Assembly: GCA_024278375.1 (NCBI GenBank) | Contig: JAJRTH010000092.1 | Location: 6,193 to 70,192, forward strand | DNA from: an archaeon | Lineage (GTDB): Archaea; Thermoplasmatota; Thermoplasmata; WALJ01 | Direction of reading: 5' to 3' | Length of the DNA: 64,000 nucleotides | Shown: positions 34,695 to 44,655 of the stretch, one piece after another | How positions within the stretch are numbered: the stretch's first letter is position 1 | How the letters are laid out: the number at the start of each line of letters is the position of its first letter | Notes under the pieces: model-generated | Told to the model about the DNA's origin: nothing | Seen by the model: only the letters and a program-made list of their open reading frames with translations | Database searches by the model: none | Translations under genes and position numbers: made by a program

Positions 34695-36343
34695 AGAAGG
34701 TCTAGCATTCTCGCGAGGGCTCTTTCTCCCCTGTAATCCGGGAGCATTATCGGAGACCTTCTTTCGGGTTTTATTTTTGCCTTCTTCAGCTCGTTTTCGT
34801 AGAGTGCCACATGTTTCAGGCTCAGCTTCTTCGGTTTTCCGCGCTTCTTGGCCCACTTTGCAGCGCTTATTCCAGCTCTCCTTCCGAAAACATTGAAGTC
34901 CAGCAGGGAATTCCCCATCAATCGGTTCTTTCCGTGTACGCCGCCCTCGACCTCTCCGCCGGCAAACAGACCGGGAACAGAGGTCTGAGCACTCACATCT
35001 ATCTCGACACCGCCGTTCTGATAGTGTAATGTGGGAAATACGAGTATCGGGTCCTTTGTCATGTCTATTCCGAACCTCTTATACATGCGGTACATGGCAT
35101 CCAGATCTTTTTCTATGGTTCCTTCGCCGCTTATCTCCTCTATCATGGGCGAATCCAGCCATATTCCCATCATACCCGTGGGGGTCTCGACACCTTTGTT
35201 CCTGCCGTAGCATTCCCTTATGAAAGCAGCGGCCTCGACATCTCTGGGCTCCATCGGGAACACGAAGAGTTCTCCGTCCCTGTTCACGGGCTGTGCGCCC
35301 ATCCCGCGGACCTTTTCGGTTATCAGCAGGCCAACAATCTGCTCGGGATATGCGGCACCCGTCGGATGATACTGCACCGTATCCAGGTCCCTCAGCTTCG
35401 CTCCGGCCCTGTAGGCCATCACTAAGCCATCGGCAGTTGCACCGTAGTGATTCGTCGTGGGGAATCCCTGTATGTGCAGCCTGCCAAATCCGCCTGTTGC
35501 CAGAACGGTTGCCTTTGCCCTCACAACATAATACTGTTCCGTTTCCATGTTGAACAGCACGGCTCCGGCAACATTCCCTTCATCATCTTTCAACAGCTCT
35601 ATTGCAGGACTGAACTCCAGCACGGGTATCTCCCTGTTCCTGAACTCATCCCTCAGAACCCTCATTATCTCCATTCCTGTGTAGTCTTTGGCGGAATGCA
35701 GTCTGAATCTGGACGTGCCTCCTCCTGCTCTCTCGACATAGCTTCCGTCGGGATTTCTGTCATACTGCACGCCCAGCTCCTCGTGCCATTTCAGTATGAA
35801 AGGCGCATCTTTCACGAGCGCTTCCACGAGTTCGGGTTTGTTCGCGAAATGCCCTCCGCCTATTACATCAAGGTAATGTAAGGCAGGACTGTCCTCCTCT
35901 CTGTCGGCAGCCTGTATGCCGCCCTGTGCCATCATGGAGTTGGCATCGCCGTGTCTGAGCTTGGTTACCATGAGGATGTTCTCCGCAGAGATTCCGTTGT
36001 CATTGGCCCACAGTGCGGCTACGGTGCCGGCACCACCACCTCCTATTATGAGGAGGTCAACATCGTAATCTATGGTTTTGAGGTCAATGTCTTTCTCGCT
36101 TATCAGAGGATATGCTTCGAGGAGGTCAACAACTTCGTGAGGCGCAAGATCTCCCTTGTTCGGTCCGACCTTAACAGGTCTTTTTTTATCGGGCTTGTAA
36201 TCCGGGTGATACTTGTTCAGCACATCCTCTCTCGCATCCATGCTCATCGCTTCGAAGCTTTTTTTCATCCTTTCAGTCCTAGTCTTCTCCACCTTCTCTA
36301 TGGATTCCCTCATTTCTTCCGTATAACCGCCTATTAGTTTCAC
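34691..36343 (-). CDS. SdhA/FrdA-like FAD flavoprotein (fumarate-reductase family) with N-terminal extension
   Basis: 550 aa: LLIIGGGGAGTVAAL, MAQGGIQAA, QYHPTG, GLFAGGEV. Confidence 0.7.
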   Translation of the reverse strand: MKLIGGYTEEMRESIEKVEKTRTERMKKSFEAMSMDAREDVLNKYHPDYKPDKKRPVKVGPNKGDLAPHEVVDLLEAYPLISEKDIDLKTIDYDVDLLIIGGGGAGTVAALWANDNGISAENILMVTKLRHGDANSMMAQGGIQAADREEDSPALHYLDVIGGGHFANKPELVEALVKDAPFILKWHEELGVQYDRNPDGSYVERAGGGTSRFRLHSAKDYTGMEIMRVLRDEFRNREIPVLEFSPAIELLKDDEGNVAGAVLFNMETEQYYVVRAKATVLATGGFGRLHIQGFPTTNHYGATADGLVMAYRAGAKLRDLDTVQYHPTGAAYPEQIVGLLITEKVRGMGAQPVNRDGELFVFPMEPRDVEAAAFIRECYGRNKGVETPTGMMGIWLDSPMIEEISGEGTIEKDLDAMYRMYKRFGIDMTKDPILVFPTLHYQNGGVEIDVSAQTSVPGLFAGGEVEGGVHGKNRLMGNSLLDFNVFGRRAGISAAKWAKKRGKPKKLSLKHVALYENELKKAKIKPERRSPIMLPDYRGERALARMLDLL

Positions 36344-37050
36344 TGGGTCACCTCCCCTCTCTGTATCTTTTCGATGGTTCTCGAGGTATATTCCTCCTTG
36401 AGCTTTTCCATGCTCATCTTCTTGAGTTTTTCGATTTCCTTGTCGAACTTGCCCGCATCTATTTCCTCAATCCTTTTGAGCAGATGCTCCGGAATCTGCA
36501 GATAGTACTTTCCGTATATCCTTCTCGCGAGCTGAGCTACGTGGTAATGTGTTATTTCCGCGGGACACCTTGCAGCACATAGACCGCACTGGATGCAGTC
36601 GAACGAGAGCTTAGAGACCTCACCGTAATCTCCTCTTATCGCGGCCTGAATGTAGTACATCACATCGAGCTCCTGCGGGCAAGATTTCGTGCAGGTATTG
36701 CAGGAAACACACCTGTTTATCTCTGGGTAATACTCGGAGAGAACGTTCTTTTCCGGATTAATCATGTCAATATCGTATTCCTTCCTGTTCGCAGGGACAA
36801 AAGGAAGCTGTGCGAGATACATGCCATCCTCGGCCGTCGTCTGACATGCCAGAGCGGTCTGGAACTTGTACTCTCCTTTATTTCTGTATACGGTCGCACA
36901 GGCACCGCAGAAACCTGCCCTGCATCCCGAACCTCTTATGAATCTGTATCCCACATATTCCATAGCCTTCATTATGGTGAGGCCGAACGGGACCTCGTAT
37001 GCTTTTCCCATTATATACACAGTTATCATTTTTTCTTTGTTTTCAGACAT
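36340..37050 (-). CDS. SdhB/FrdB-like iron-sulfur protein (2Fe-2S + 2x 4Fe-4S motifs)
   Basis: CRAGFCGAC, CVSCNTCTKSCP and CIQCGLCAARCP. 4-nt overlap with the flavoprotein gene. Confidence 0.7.
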   Translation of the reverse strand: MSENKEKMITVYIMGKAYEVPFGLTIMKAMEYVGYRFIRGSGCRAGFCGACATVYRNKGEYKFQTALACQTTAEDGMYLAQLPFVPANRKEYDIDMINPEKNVLSEYYPEINRCVSCNTCTKSCPQELDVMYYIQAAIRGDYGEVSKLSFDCIQCGLCAARCPAEITHYHVAQLARRIYGKYYLQIPEHLLKRIEEIDAGKFDKEIEKLKKMSMEKLKEEYTSRTIEKIQRGEVTQ

Positions 37051-37052
37051 TT

Positions 37053-37931
37053 TTAACCCTCCAGAAGCCCGCGCTCCTCAAGAAGAGGCCTCGGGTCTAT
37101 ATGGTTTTCATCTAAACCGGCCTTATCCTCGAGTCCCATGGCAAGAGCCATGAGCTGTGTGAAATAGAGGACTGGCATCTCGATGAATCCGTGATATTTC
37201 TTTTTAACCTCCATCTGCCTGTCTTCGAGATTGAAATCACAGAGAGGACATGAAAGGATGATAGCATCTCCGCCAGCTTCTCTTGCGGATTCCACTATCT
37301 TTCTGGTGCGCTCCAAGACGGCATCCTTGTTCGTTATGGTCTGGTATGAGCCGCAGCATTCGGTCTTGTACTCTGTGTCTATTATATCCGCCCCCATGGC
37401 CTTCATTATTTCTTCCATTATTCTGGGATCACGCGGGTCGTCAATGGAAACATCCTCCGGCCGGACCAGGGTGCATCCGTAATAAGGGACGAGTTTCAGA
37501 CCTGTGAGCGGCTTTCTGACCTTCTTGCCGATCTCCTTGATTCCTACTTCCCCGAGTATCTGCAGCAGATGCAGGGGTTCCACCCCGCCTCCGTAGTCCT
37601 CCTCCGTATCCATGAACTCGTTTATTGTCTTCAATTTCTCCGGATCGTTTATTACTAGATTGTTTGCCTGCCTAAGCGTGTTATAGCACATGGAGCAGAA
37701 GGATACCACCCTCTTCTCCCCCATCTCCGATTCCACGACCACCAGGTTCCTTATCGGAGCAAGCTGATGCATGAGATCGTCCGTTGCAAGGGAGTACACG
37801 GTCCCGCAGCAGTTCCATCTCGGCATCTCGATGAATTCTATTCCGAGTTCCTTCCCGACGGCGAGACCCGACATTTCGAAGTTCTTTGCGGTCGCTTTGA
37901 GGGTACATCCCGGAAAATACGGTATTTTCAT
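37053..37931 (-). CDS. hdrB: heterodisulfide reductase subunit B-like (CCG domains)
   Basis: 292 aa with two CCG-type Cys clusters (PRWNCCGT, TECCGSY, PLCD). Confidence 0.8.
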   Translation of the reverse strand: MKIPYFPGCTLKATAKNFEMSGLAVGKELGIEFIEMPRWNCCGTVYSLATDDLMHQLAPIRNLVVVESEMGEKRVVSFCSMCYNTLRQANNLVINDPEKLKTINEFMDTEEDYGGGVEPLHLLQILGEVGIKEIGKKVRKPLTGLKLVPYYGCTLVRPEDVSIDDPRDPRIMEEIMKAMGADIIDTEYKTECCGSYQTITNKDAVLERTRKIVESAREAGGDAIILSCPLCDFNLEDRQMEVKKKYHGFIEMPVLYFTQLMALAMGLEDKAGLDENHIDPRPLLEERGLLEG

Positions 37932-37935
37932 CCAT

Positions 37936-38343
37936 TCACCCCGTCAGTTTCCTCATAGCCGACACGAGCGCTATCGGCGGCAGTTCTTCGACATCATCTT
38001 CCGCAATCGACTCTATGCGCAAAACATCGATGTTTTTCCTTAGTATGTGGAGCCTGAGAGCTTCCATCACAGAGGCTATGTCTATACCTTTCGGGCACTC
38101 CACCGTGCAGTTAAAACACTCTGCGCATATCCAGGGCGTGTTGCCCTCGAGTATCTTTTCCGTGGCGCCTATCTGTATGAACTTCATAACCTGATTCGGC
38201 AGGTAATCCATATCGTCCGCCATAGGGCATGAGGACGAGCATTTCCCGCACTGATAGCATAGCATTACAGGTTGTCCGCTTATTTCCTCTACCTCTTTCA
38301 TCAAAGCCAGATTCTTGTCATTGTATCCTATTCTCAATTCCAT
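37936..38343 (-). CDS. hdrC: heterodisulfide reductase subunit C-like (2x 4Fe-4S)
   Basis: CYQCGKCSSSCP and CAECFNCTVECP. Confidence 0.8.
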   Translation of the reverse strand: MELRIGYNDKNLALMKEVEEISGQPVMLCYQCGKCSSSCPMADDMDYLPNQVMKFIQIGATEKILEGNTPWICAECFNCTVECPKGIDIASVMEALRLHILRKNIDVLRIESIAEDDVEELPPIALVSAMRKLTG

Positions 38344-38789
38344 CCCTCCATTATATTCTCGGCCATCTCGGCCGCCTCTTCGATCCCTTTTTCCACTTCC
38401 GGGGAGGGTTTTTCCGTGAATTCTGTGGGTGGAAGGATCTCTATTCCTATTATTCTGAGCTCTGGAAGGCGGAGACCGGATTTTTCCGCCAGTTCAAGGG
38501 CCTGGGAGATGCTCACGTCATGGATTGTGGAGCCGTGCCCTTTATTCGAGAGAGTATCCTTCTCTATGAGCCTCACGGTCCCGGGGCTCTCTCCGATTAT
38601 GGCATCCACGATAACCGCTCTTTCGTAATCCATCAGTTCTTCCAGGAGCCTCATTCCGCCGACATACGATTCCTTAATCTCAAAATCTTTCGGGAATTCC
38701 TTTCCTTTCTCTTTCAGTTTCCTCACGGCCAGTATGCCCGCGCTGTCATCACCGAGTATCGGATTACCCAGACCTATTATCACATTCAA
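38334..38789 (-). CDS. NiFe-hydrogenase maturation endopeptidase
   Basis: 151 aa with IIGLGNPILGDDSAG and DAI..G..PG. Overlaps the end of mvhA. Confidence 0.8.
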   Translation of the reverse strand: MNVIIGLGNPILGDDSAGILAVRKLKEKGKEFPKDFEIKESYVGGMRLLEELMDYERAVIVDAIIGESPGTVRLIEKDTLSNKGHGSTIHDVSISQALELAEKSGLRLPELRIIGIEILPPTEFTEKPSPEVEKGIEEAAEMAENIMEGWN

Positions 38790-40242
38790 GTCTCCTCAGC
38801 TCCTTTATCTTTCTTCCTCTGTGGTCTATTATCTCCACTTCCATCGGCATGGTTCCGGGAAGCGTGTGCGTTGCACATGCGAGACAGGGGTCATAGGCTC
38901 TGAAAGCCATCTCTATGGTGTTCAGTATTCCATCATTTACCTTACCTTTCTTTATGACGCTCTTCGCAGCCTTTCTCACGCTCATACATATGCCACCGTT
39001 GTTGTGCGTCGTGGCCACTATTATGTTGACCTTCTCGGTGATTCCCTCTGGATTTGCGAAGTAATGATGTATGAGAACTCCTCTCGGTGCCTCCACACAT
39101 CCTACGCCTTCTCCGGGCACACCTATCTCCGCCCTGATATCTCTGTTGGTTATGCTTCTGTCCTTCACGAGTTGGAGTCCGTGCTCGGCCGCATAGAGGG
39201 TCTCTATTAGCCTTGTCCAGTGGTATGCCATGGTATGGTGCACCGGAGAACCTCCGAAAAACTCATAGAATTCTTTGAACTCTTCATTGGCCACCGGCGT
39301 GGTGAGACCTTCCGCTACATTCATCCTCGCAAGCGGCCCCACTCTGTATATTCCCGAATCCTTTCCGTCCTTAACTCCGTTCCATCCGACCTTTTTCAGG
39401 TACGGGAATTTTATGAAGGTCCAGGGTTCGACATGCTCCGCTATGTGCTCGAGGTATTCCGAGGGGTGGAATTTGGCGAACTCGTTGCCGTCGGGGTCGA
39501 TGACCCTCAGGTCTCCGTCGTAGAGGTTCAGCATGTTGTTCTTGTCCACGGTTCCCATGTAGTAGGTCCTGTGGATATATCCCTCGGAAAGTATGAGGTC
39601 CTTGTAGGCGGGGACTATCTTATCTTTGAGAAGAGCCAGGGATTCCTTGACGAACTCAAGGGTCTCCTCCATCTTCTTCTCCATCTCCTGTCTCTCTTCA
39701 TCCGTTATTCCCTTCGAGACTCCTCCAGGAAGGCCGAATACAGAGTGTATCGCCTTTCCTCCTATAATCTCCTGGATGTCGGTCATATTCTTCATGTTCC
39801 TGAGAACTTTCTTAACCAGGTCCTCTCCGACTTTGTCTATCATTCCCAGGACATTCCTGCTAGCCCTGGGAGCATCCGGCCCCATCACGAAATCCGGTGC
39901 AGCAAGGACATAGAAGTGGAGCAGATGGTCATGGACAGTGAAGGCATCGTAGTAAAGCTCCCTTATCTTCCTGGCCGTTTCTGTGGGCTTCGTTTTGAAC
40001 ACCGCATCAATGGCTTTTGTGGATGCCATCACGTGGGCTCCCGGGCAGACACCGCATATTCTCGGCGTGATTCTGGCAAGCTCTTCCACCGCCCTTCCGA
40101 CACAGAAGCGCTCGAATCCCTTGAATTCAACGGTCTGGAAATAGGCATCCTCCACATTTCCCGTTTCATCCAGGAATATGGATATCTTAGCCTCACCCTC
40201 CAGCCTGGTAACCGGATTTATCGTTATCTCCTTGGTATTCAT
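38764..40242 (-). CDS. mvhA: [NiFe] hydrogenase large subunit, Mvh/F420-non-reducing type
   Basis: N-terminal RICGVCPGAH and C-terminal DPCLACATH ligand motifs plus a cleavable C-terminal extension. ATG 40242 follows AAGGAGG. The ORF track extends to 40281. Confidence 0.85.
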   Translation of the reverse strand: MNTKEITINPVTRLEGEAKISIFLDETGNVEDAYFQTVEFKGFERFCVGRAVEELARITPRICGVCPGAHVMASTKAIDAVFKTKPTETARKIRELYYDAFTVHDHLLHFYVLAAPDFVMGPDAPRASRNVLGMIDKVGEDLVKKVLRNMKNMTDIQEIIGGKAIHSVFGLPGGVSKGITDEERQEMEKKMEETLEFVKESLALLKDKIVPAYKDLILSEGYIHRTYYMGTVDKNNMLNLYDGDLRVIDPDGNEFAKFHPSEYLEHIAEHVEPWTFIKFPYLKKVGWNGVKDGKDSGIYRVGPLARMNVAEGLTTPVANEEFKEFYEFFGGSPVHHTMAYHWTRLIETLYAAEHGLQLVKDRSITNRDIRAEIGVPGEGVGCVEAPRGVLIHHYFANPEGITEKVNIIVATTHNNGGICMSVRKAAKSVIKKGKVNDGILNTIEMAFRAYDPCLACATHTLPGTMPMEVEIIDHRGRKIKELRRLECDNRSG

Positions 40243-40277
40243 CTTAAACCTCCTTTCGGATGATTCCTGCCGGACCA

Positions 40278-41249
40278 TCATTCATCGTCCAACCTCCTGT
40301 TGATTATCGCAGAGGGAAGGGTGAACCTGTAAAAGGTTCCCGTCGGGTCCGCTATTCTCTCGAGAAGTTCACGCAGTCCTTCTTCTCCGAGTTCAACCTC
40401 TTTGTCCGCAGCAAGAAGCGATGTTATGGCCGAAAGCATCTTGGAACCCTGGTCCTTTATTCCGGGAGGGGGGCCAAAACATCCCCTGCACGGCATATTG
40501 GCATTTATGCAACGGGTCCCGCATCCAGATCTGGTGGCAGGTCCCATGCAGATTATGCCCTGCGCCAGGAAACAAAGATTCGGGTCAGCCTCCTTCTCAT
40601 GGGGCCTGTAGAATCCGTCTATGACCATTTTCTCGGGCTTCTCCCTCTTACACTCGTCGCAGAGCGCTCTGGTTCCGGCTATGACTGTTCCCTTGGGAGG
40701 CAGCTCCTCACCCTTGGAATAGGCCACGGCCACGCCTATGAGGTCTCTTATCTGGGATTCCACAGGAGGACATCCGGGAACATAATAGTCCATGTCCACG
40801 AGATTGTCATGGGAATGGCCGAGATTGTAGAGTTTTGGCAGGGTGAGGATCTTTCCGTCCACCTTCGACCTCTCAGAAGGCCATTCTCCTTTGTCGGTGC
40901 TTATGCTCTCGTATGCCGTTCTCATCACCTCATCCCGATCTGGACTCAGATTGACAAGGCCTGGAATGCCGCCGAAACAGGCGCACGAGCCGAAAGCGAC
41001 CATGACCTTCGATTTTTTCCTGAGTAATTTCAGTATTTCCTCCTGTTCGGATGTCCTTATGGAGCCGTGGCTCAGGGTTATATCTATGTAGTCGATGGCC
41101 TCCAGATCCTCGTGTTTTGGGTCCGCTCCGGTCGGCCAGTACACTATCTCTGCGATTTTCGCAAGATCAGCGAAATCCTCACCTATGTCGGCGATTGCCA
41201 CATCGCATCCGGAACATGAGCCGAGCGGTGCAATTGCAATCCTTATCAT
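40278..41249 (-). CDS. mvhG: [NiFe] hydrogenase small subunit, Mvh type
   Basis: GSCSGCD, FGSCACFGG, and distal Cys clusters (CDECKR, CMGPATRSGCG..C). Confidence 0.8.
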   Translation of the reverse strand: MIRIAIAPLGSCSGCDVAIADIGEDFADLAKIAEIVYWPTGADPKHEDLEAIDYIDITLSHGSIRTSEQEEILKLLRKKSKVMVAFGSCACFGGIPGLVNLSPDRDEVMRTAYESISTDKGEWPSERSKVDGKILTLPKLYNLGHSHDNLVDMDYYVPGCPPVESQIRDLIGVAVAYSKGEELPPKGTVIAGTRALCDECKREKPEKMVIDGFYRPHEKEADPNLCFLAQGIICMGPATRSGCGTRCINANMPCRGCFGPPPGIKDQGSKMLSAITSLLAADKEVELGEEGLRELLERIADPTGTFYRFTLPSAIINRRLDDE

Positions 41250-41674
41250 CTCTCACCCTCCTTCATTCTCGGAACAGGGCCGAGTTTTCTGACTTCATCT
41301 ATGAAGTCGTCCATGACCTCCGCAAACTTCTTTCCCTCGCTTGCAGAGACCCACTCGAGCCTCAATCTTCTGGGGTTTATTCCCATCTGCTCAAGCATTC
41401 TCTCCATGACCACCTTTCTCTTGTACGTCTTGAAGTTTCCGTTCACATAGTGGCAGTCAGTCGGCGTATGGCACCCGCCTATGAAAACACCGTCCGCACC
41501 CTCTCTGAATGCCTCGAGAACGAACTGCGGGTCCACCCTTCCGGAGCACATGACCCTTATGGGCACTACATTTGGCGGATATTTCAGCCTGCTGACGCCC
41601 GCAAGGTCGGCACCGCTGTATGCACACCAGTTACACAGAAACGCAACAATCCTGGGTTCAAAACTCTTCCTCAC
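41246..41674 (-). CDS. mvhD: MvhD-like hydrogenase iron-sulfur subunit
   Basis: 142 aa: IVAFLCNWCAYSGADLAG..MCSGRV..GC..DCHY. Confidence 0.85.
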   Translation of the reverse strand: MRKSFEPRIVAFLCNWCAYSGADLAGVSRLKYPPNVVPIRVMCSGRVDPQFVLEAFREGADGVFIGGCHTPTDCHYVNGNFKTYKRKVVMERMLEQMGINPRRLRLEWVSASEGKKFAEVMDDFIDEVRKLGPVPRMKEGER

Positions 41675-41675
41675 T

Positions 41676-43625
41676 CTATCCCTCCTGGAGTATGGAGCGT
41701 ATCATATCGAAAATCTGCTCCTGTGTCCCATTCTTGAGGGTCATGGCTCCTGACGGACATGCCGCAGCGCAGGAACCGCACCCCTCGCACATTACCGCAT
41801 TGACCTCCGCATGACCGGCAACGAGGCTTATCGCACCATAGGGACATACGGATATGCAGACCTCACACCCGGAGCACAGGTCTTCGTCGACCTGAGCCAC
41901 GGCGGGTTCATGTTCCAGATATTCCTGTCCGATTACGGAGAGCGCCTTGCTGGCGGCCGCACTTGCCTGTGCAACCGTATCTGGTATGTCCTTTGGGGCC
42001 TGGGCAGCACCTGCCAGGAAAAACCCGGGGGTGGAGCTTTCTACCGGTCTCAGTTTCGGATGAACCTCTTTAAGGAACTCATTCTCGTCGGCAGCGCAGT
42101 TTAGGACATCTATTATCTCGCCGGTACCTTTTCCCGGTACCATCGCCATGGCAAGGACCACAAGATCGGCCTCTATCTCTATCTTCTCGCCCAGAAGCGT
42201 ATCGACACCCCATACGACGAGCTTGTCCCCTTTTCTGAACACCTTGGAAGGTTTGCCCCGAAGATAGACTATTCTGTCCTCCTCCATGGCACGATGTATG
42301 AACTCCTCGTATCCTTTTCCCGCTGCCCTTATATCAATATAGAATATGTAGGCTTCACCGTCCTCCACATGGTGTTTGTAAAGCATGGCATGCTTTGCGG
42401 TGTACATGCAGCATATCTTCGAGCAGTATGGGAGGTGGTTGTCAGGGTCCCTCGAACCGGCACACTGGATGAAGACGACCCTTTTCGGTACTTTTCCATC
42501 GGAAGGCCTTCTGACCTCACCCTTGGTCGGCCCGGAAGCCGAAAGCATCCTTTCGAACTCAAGCCCGTTTATTATGTCCTCGTCTTCTCCGTACCCGTAT
42601 TCTCCGAGCATCTTTTTCGGATACAGGTCATATCCCGTGGCCACTATTATGGCACCCACCTCCTCTTCTATGATCTCAGGGTGAACATCGTAATCTATGG
42701 CCTCGACATCGCAGACCTCAATACATTTCCCGCATTTTATCGGGTCCAGACCCAGACATTTGTCCATGTCAAGCGTATAGGTGGATGGCACCGCCTGAGG
42801 GAACGGAAGATATATGGCCTTCCTGATGCTAAGACCCATATCGAACTCGTTCGAAACCACCACCGGACAGACATCCTCGCAGTCAGTGCATAAATTGCAC
42901 TTCTCCGGGTCGACATATCTTGGCTTTTGCTTTATTTTAACCTTGAAGTTGCCGACATATCCAGATATGTCAATGACCTCGCTGTATGTCATAAGTCTGA
43001 TCCTCGGATTTCTGGAAACGGCAACCATCTTCGGGGTCAATATGCACTGGGAACAGTCAAGAGTCGGGAAAGTTTCCGATAGCTGTGCCATATGGCCCCC
43101 TATGCTCGTCTCCTTTTCCACAAGAATTACATCATAACCGGCGTCCGCCACGTCCAGAGCGGCCTGAATTCCGGCTATTCCCCCACCTATAACCAGGACC
43201 CTCGGGGTGACTCCGACCTTCACAGGTTCTAGCGGTTCGTTTCCGACGACCTTTCTGACCATGCTCCTCGTTATCTTTATTGCCTTTTCCGTCCCTTTTT
43301 CCATGTCGTCGTGTACCCAGCTGCACTGTTCCCTTATGTTGGCTATTTCTACGTCATAGGGATTGAGCCCCACATCCTCGGCAGCGCTCCTGAAAGTCGC
43401 TTCATGCATGCCGGGTGAGCAGGCCGCTATTATGACCTTGTCCAGCCTGTGCTCCTTTATGGCCTCCTGAACCAGGCTCTGCCCGGGTCCGGAACACATG
43501 TACTTGTAAGTGGTGCTGAAAACCACATCCTTGTCCCTACCCAGGGCTTCGGCGACCTTTTCCACATCAACCGTGCCAGCGATATTGAAACCGCAGTGGC
43601 ATACGAAAACTCCTACTCTTGCCAC
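41676..43625 (-). CDS. hdrA: heterodisulfide reductase subunit A-like flavoprotein
   Basis: 649 aa: VCHCG N-terminus, VIGGGIAGIQAALD, and several CxxCxxCxxxCP motifs. GTG start after GAGGAGG. Confidence 0.85.
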   Translation of the reverse strand: MARVGVFVCHCGFNIAGTVDVEKVAEALGRDKDVVFSTTYKYMCSGPGQSLVQEAIKEHRLDKVIIAACSPGMHEATFRSAAEDVGLNPYDVEIANIREQCSWVHDDMEKGTEKAIKITRSMVRKVVGNEPLEPVKVGVTPRVLVIGGGIAGIQAALDVADAGYDVILVEKETSIGGHMAQLSETFPTLDCSQCILTPKMVAVSRNPRIRLMTYSEVIDISGYVGNFKVKIKQKPRYVDPEKCNLCTDCEDVCPVVVSNEFDMGLSIRKAIYLPFPQAVPSTYTLDMDKCLGLDPIKCGKCIEVCDVEAIDYDVHPEIIEEEVGAIIVATGYDLYPKKMLGEYGYGEDEDIINGLEFERMLSASGPTKGEVRRPSDGKVPKRVVFIQCAGSRDPDNHLPYCSKICCMYTAKHAMLYKHHVEDGEAYIFYIDIRAAGKGYEEFIHRAMEEDRIVYLRGKPSKVFRKGDKLVVWGVDTLLGEKIEIEADLVVLAMAMVPGKGTGEIIDVLNCAADENEFLKEVHPKLRPVESSTPGFFLAGAAQAPKDIPDTVAQASAAASKALSVIGQEYLEHEPAVAQVDEDLCSGCEVCISVCPYGAISLVAGHAEVNAVMCEGCGSCAAACPSGAMTLKNGTQEQIFDMIRSILQEG

Positions 43626-44397
43626 AGTTTTTCCTCCTCGTAAAATCCTTTGAAAACGAGCCTTTCACAGCGGAGCAAAGCAGCAGAAAAAATCTCTGAT
43701 TTCGCTCCATTTATCCTTACTCTTTTCGGGTGGGCGACCTTTTCTGTATTTGAAATACAAGTTCCAATTCGGCTTTTTATTGCCATTTTAACGCCCGACA
43801 GCGAGGGAAACTGGTTGCATTATTTAAGAGTATCGCACTCCGACTTAGTAAAAACTGGAAAAACTTGCTATCCGAGGATGTTTCTGTCCCATTCATTCAG
43901 GCAAGAGGTGTACGGGCCGTTTGCAGTGATGTCGTAGTTTTCCGGCACGTTGTAGCTTTATTCTTCATAGTTTGTCAATGTGTCGTTAGGTGTTCCGAGA
44001 TTTGAAACAAAATCTTGAAAAGGTAACATAGAACTCATCAGGATTCCTCCGAATGTTTATCAATAAATAATATCAATTGGAATCTAATTTCTTTTTAAAT
44101 GAGTTTTCATATCCTTCTGCTATCTCTAGATTATATTCTAAATAATGCATACAAAGTTTATTGCCGTTTTTAGTGTTATATCTATGCGAAATATTTTTCA
44201 TTCATTCTGAATATAGTCACATAAGTCAATATCTTTATGGAAGACACTCCTTTTTTAAATAATATGAATTCTCGAAAGGTTTTTCTGTTAAATACAGTAA
44301 AATAGTCTTCCCTAATTTCGATTTCTTTTGGATACCCTAAAAATAAATTGAAGGTATTGAAATCGAAATAAATTAATATCTAATTTTGGAGTTAAAC

Positions 44398-44583
44398 TTA
44401 TATCTGGAATCTCAATTTTTTCTTGTTTATCTGGGAATATGAGAGACTATGGCATCTACTACGGTTTCTATCGCATTTTTTTATGACATTGGAGAACAAT
44501 CTCAATAATGAGGTTACTGCATTCATTATATCTTTAATGATATAAAATACACCTGCGAGAGGACCGTAAACTGCATTCTTCAA
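44398..44583 (-). CDS. hypothetical, downstream part of a TAG-interrupted low-GC ORF
   Basis: Same frame as 44656-45150. The frame is open from the TAG (44656-44658) through to 44398. Confidence 0.3.
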   Translation of the reverse strand: MKNAVYGPLAGVFYIIKDIMNAVTSLLRLFSNVIKKCDRNRSRCHSLSYSQINKKKLRFQI

Positions 44584-44655
44584 ATCATCAATCTGGGCCT
44601 GTGAAAGTTCTCCTTGTTCTTCATATGCAGCTCTGGCACGACCTATTGCATATAA

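Noticed and set aside
39220-40263. A 347-aa ORF antisense to the NiFe hydrogenase large subunit.
   Set aside because: The same reasoning applies. The sense strand carries the complete NiFe ligand motifs and an SD-preceded start. The antisense product has no recognisable features.
43650-43937. A 95-aa plus-strand ORF upstream of hdrA.
   Set aside because: It lies in the hdrA promoter/leader and the AT-rich spacer, has no RBS or TATA in a sensible position, and has no motifs. It is probably spurious.
43940-44650. The AT-rich stretch as a replication origin.
   Set aside because: I found no ORB or mini-ORB type repeated elements flanking an unwinding region. There is no adjacent orc1/cdc6 gene.
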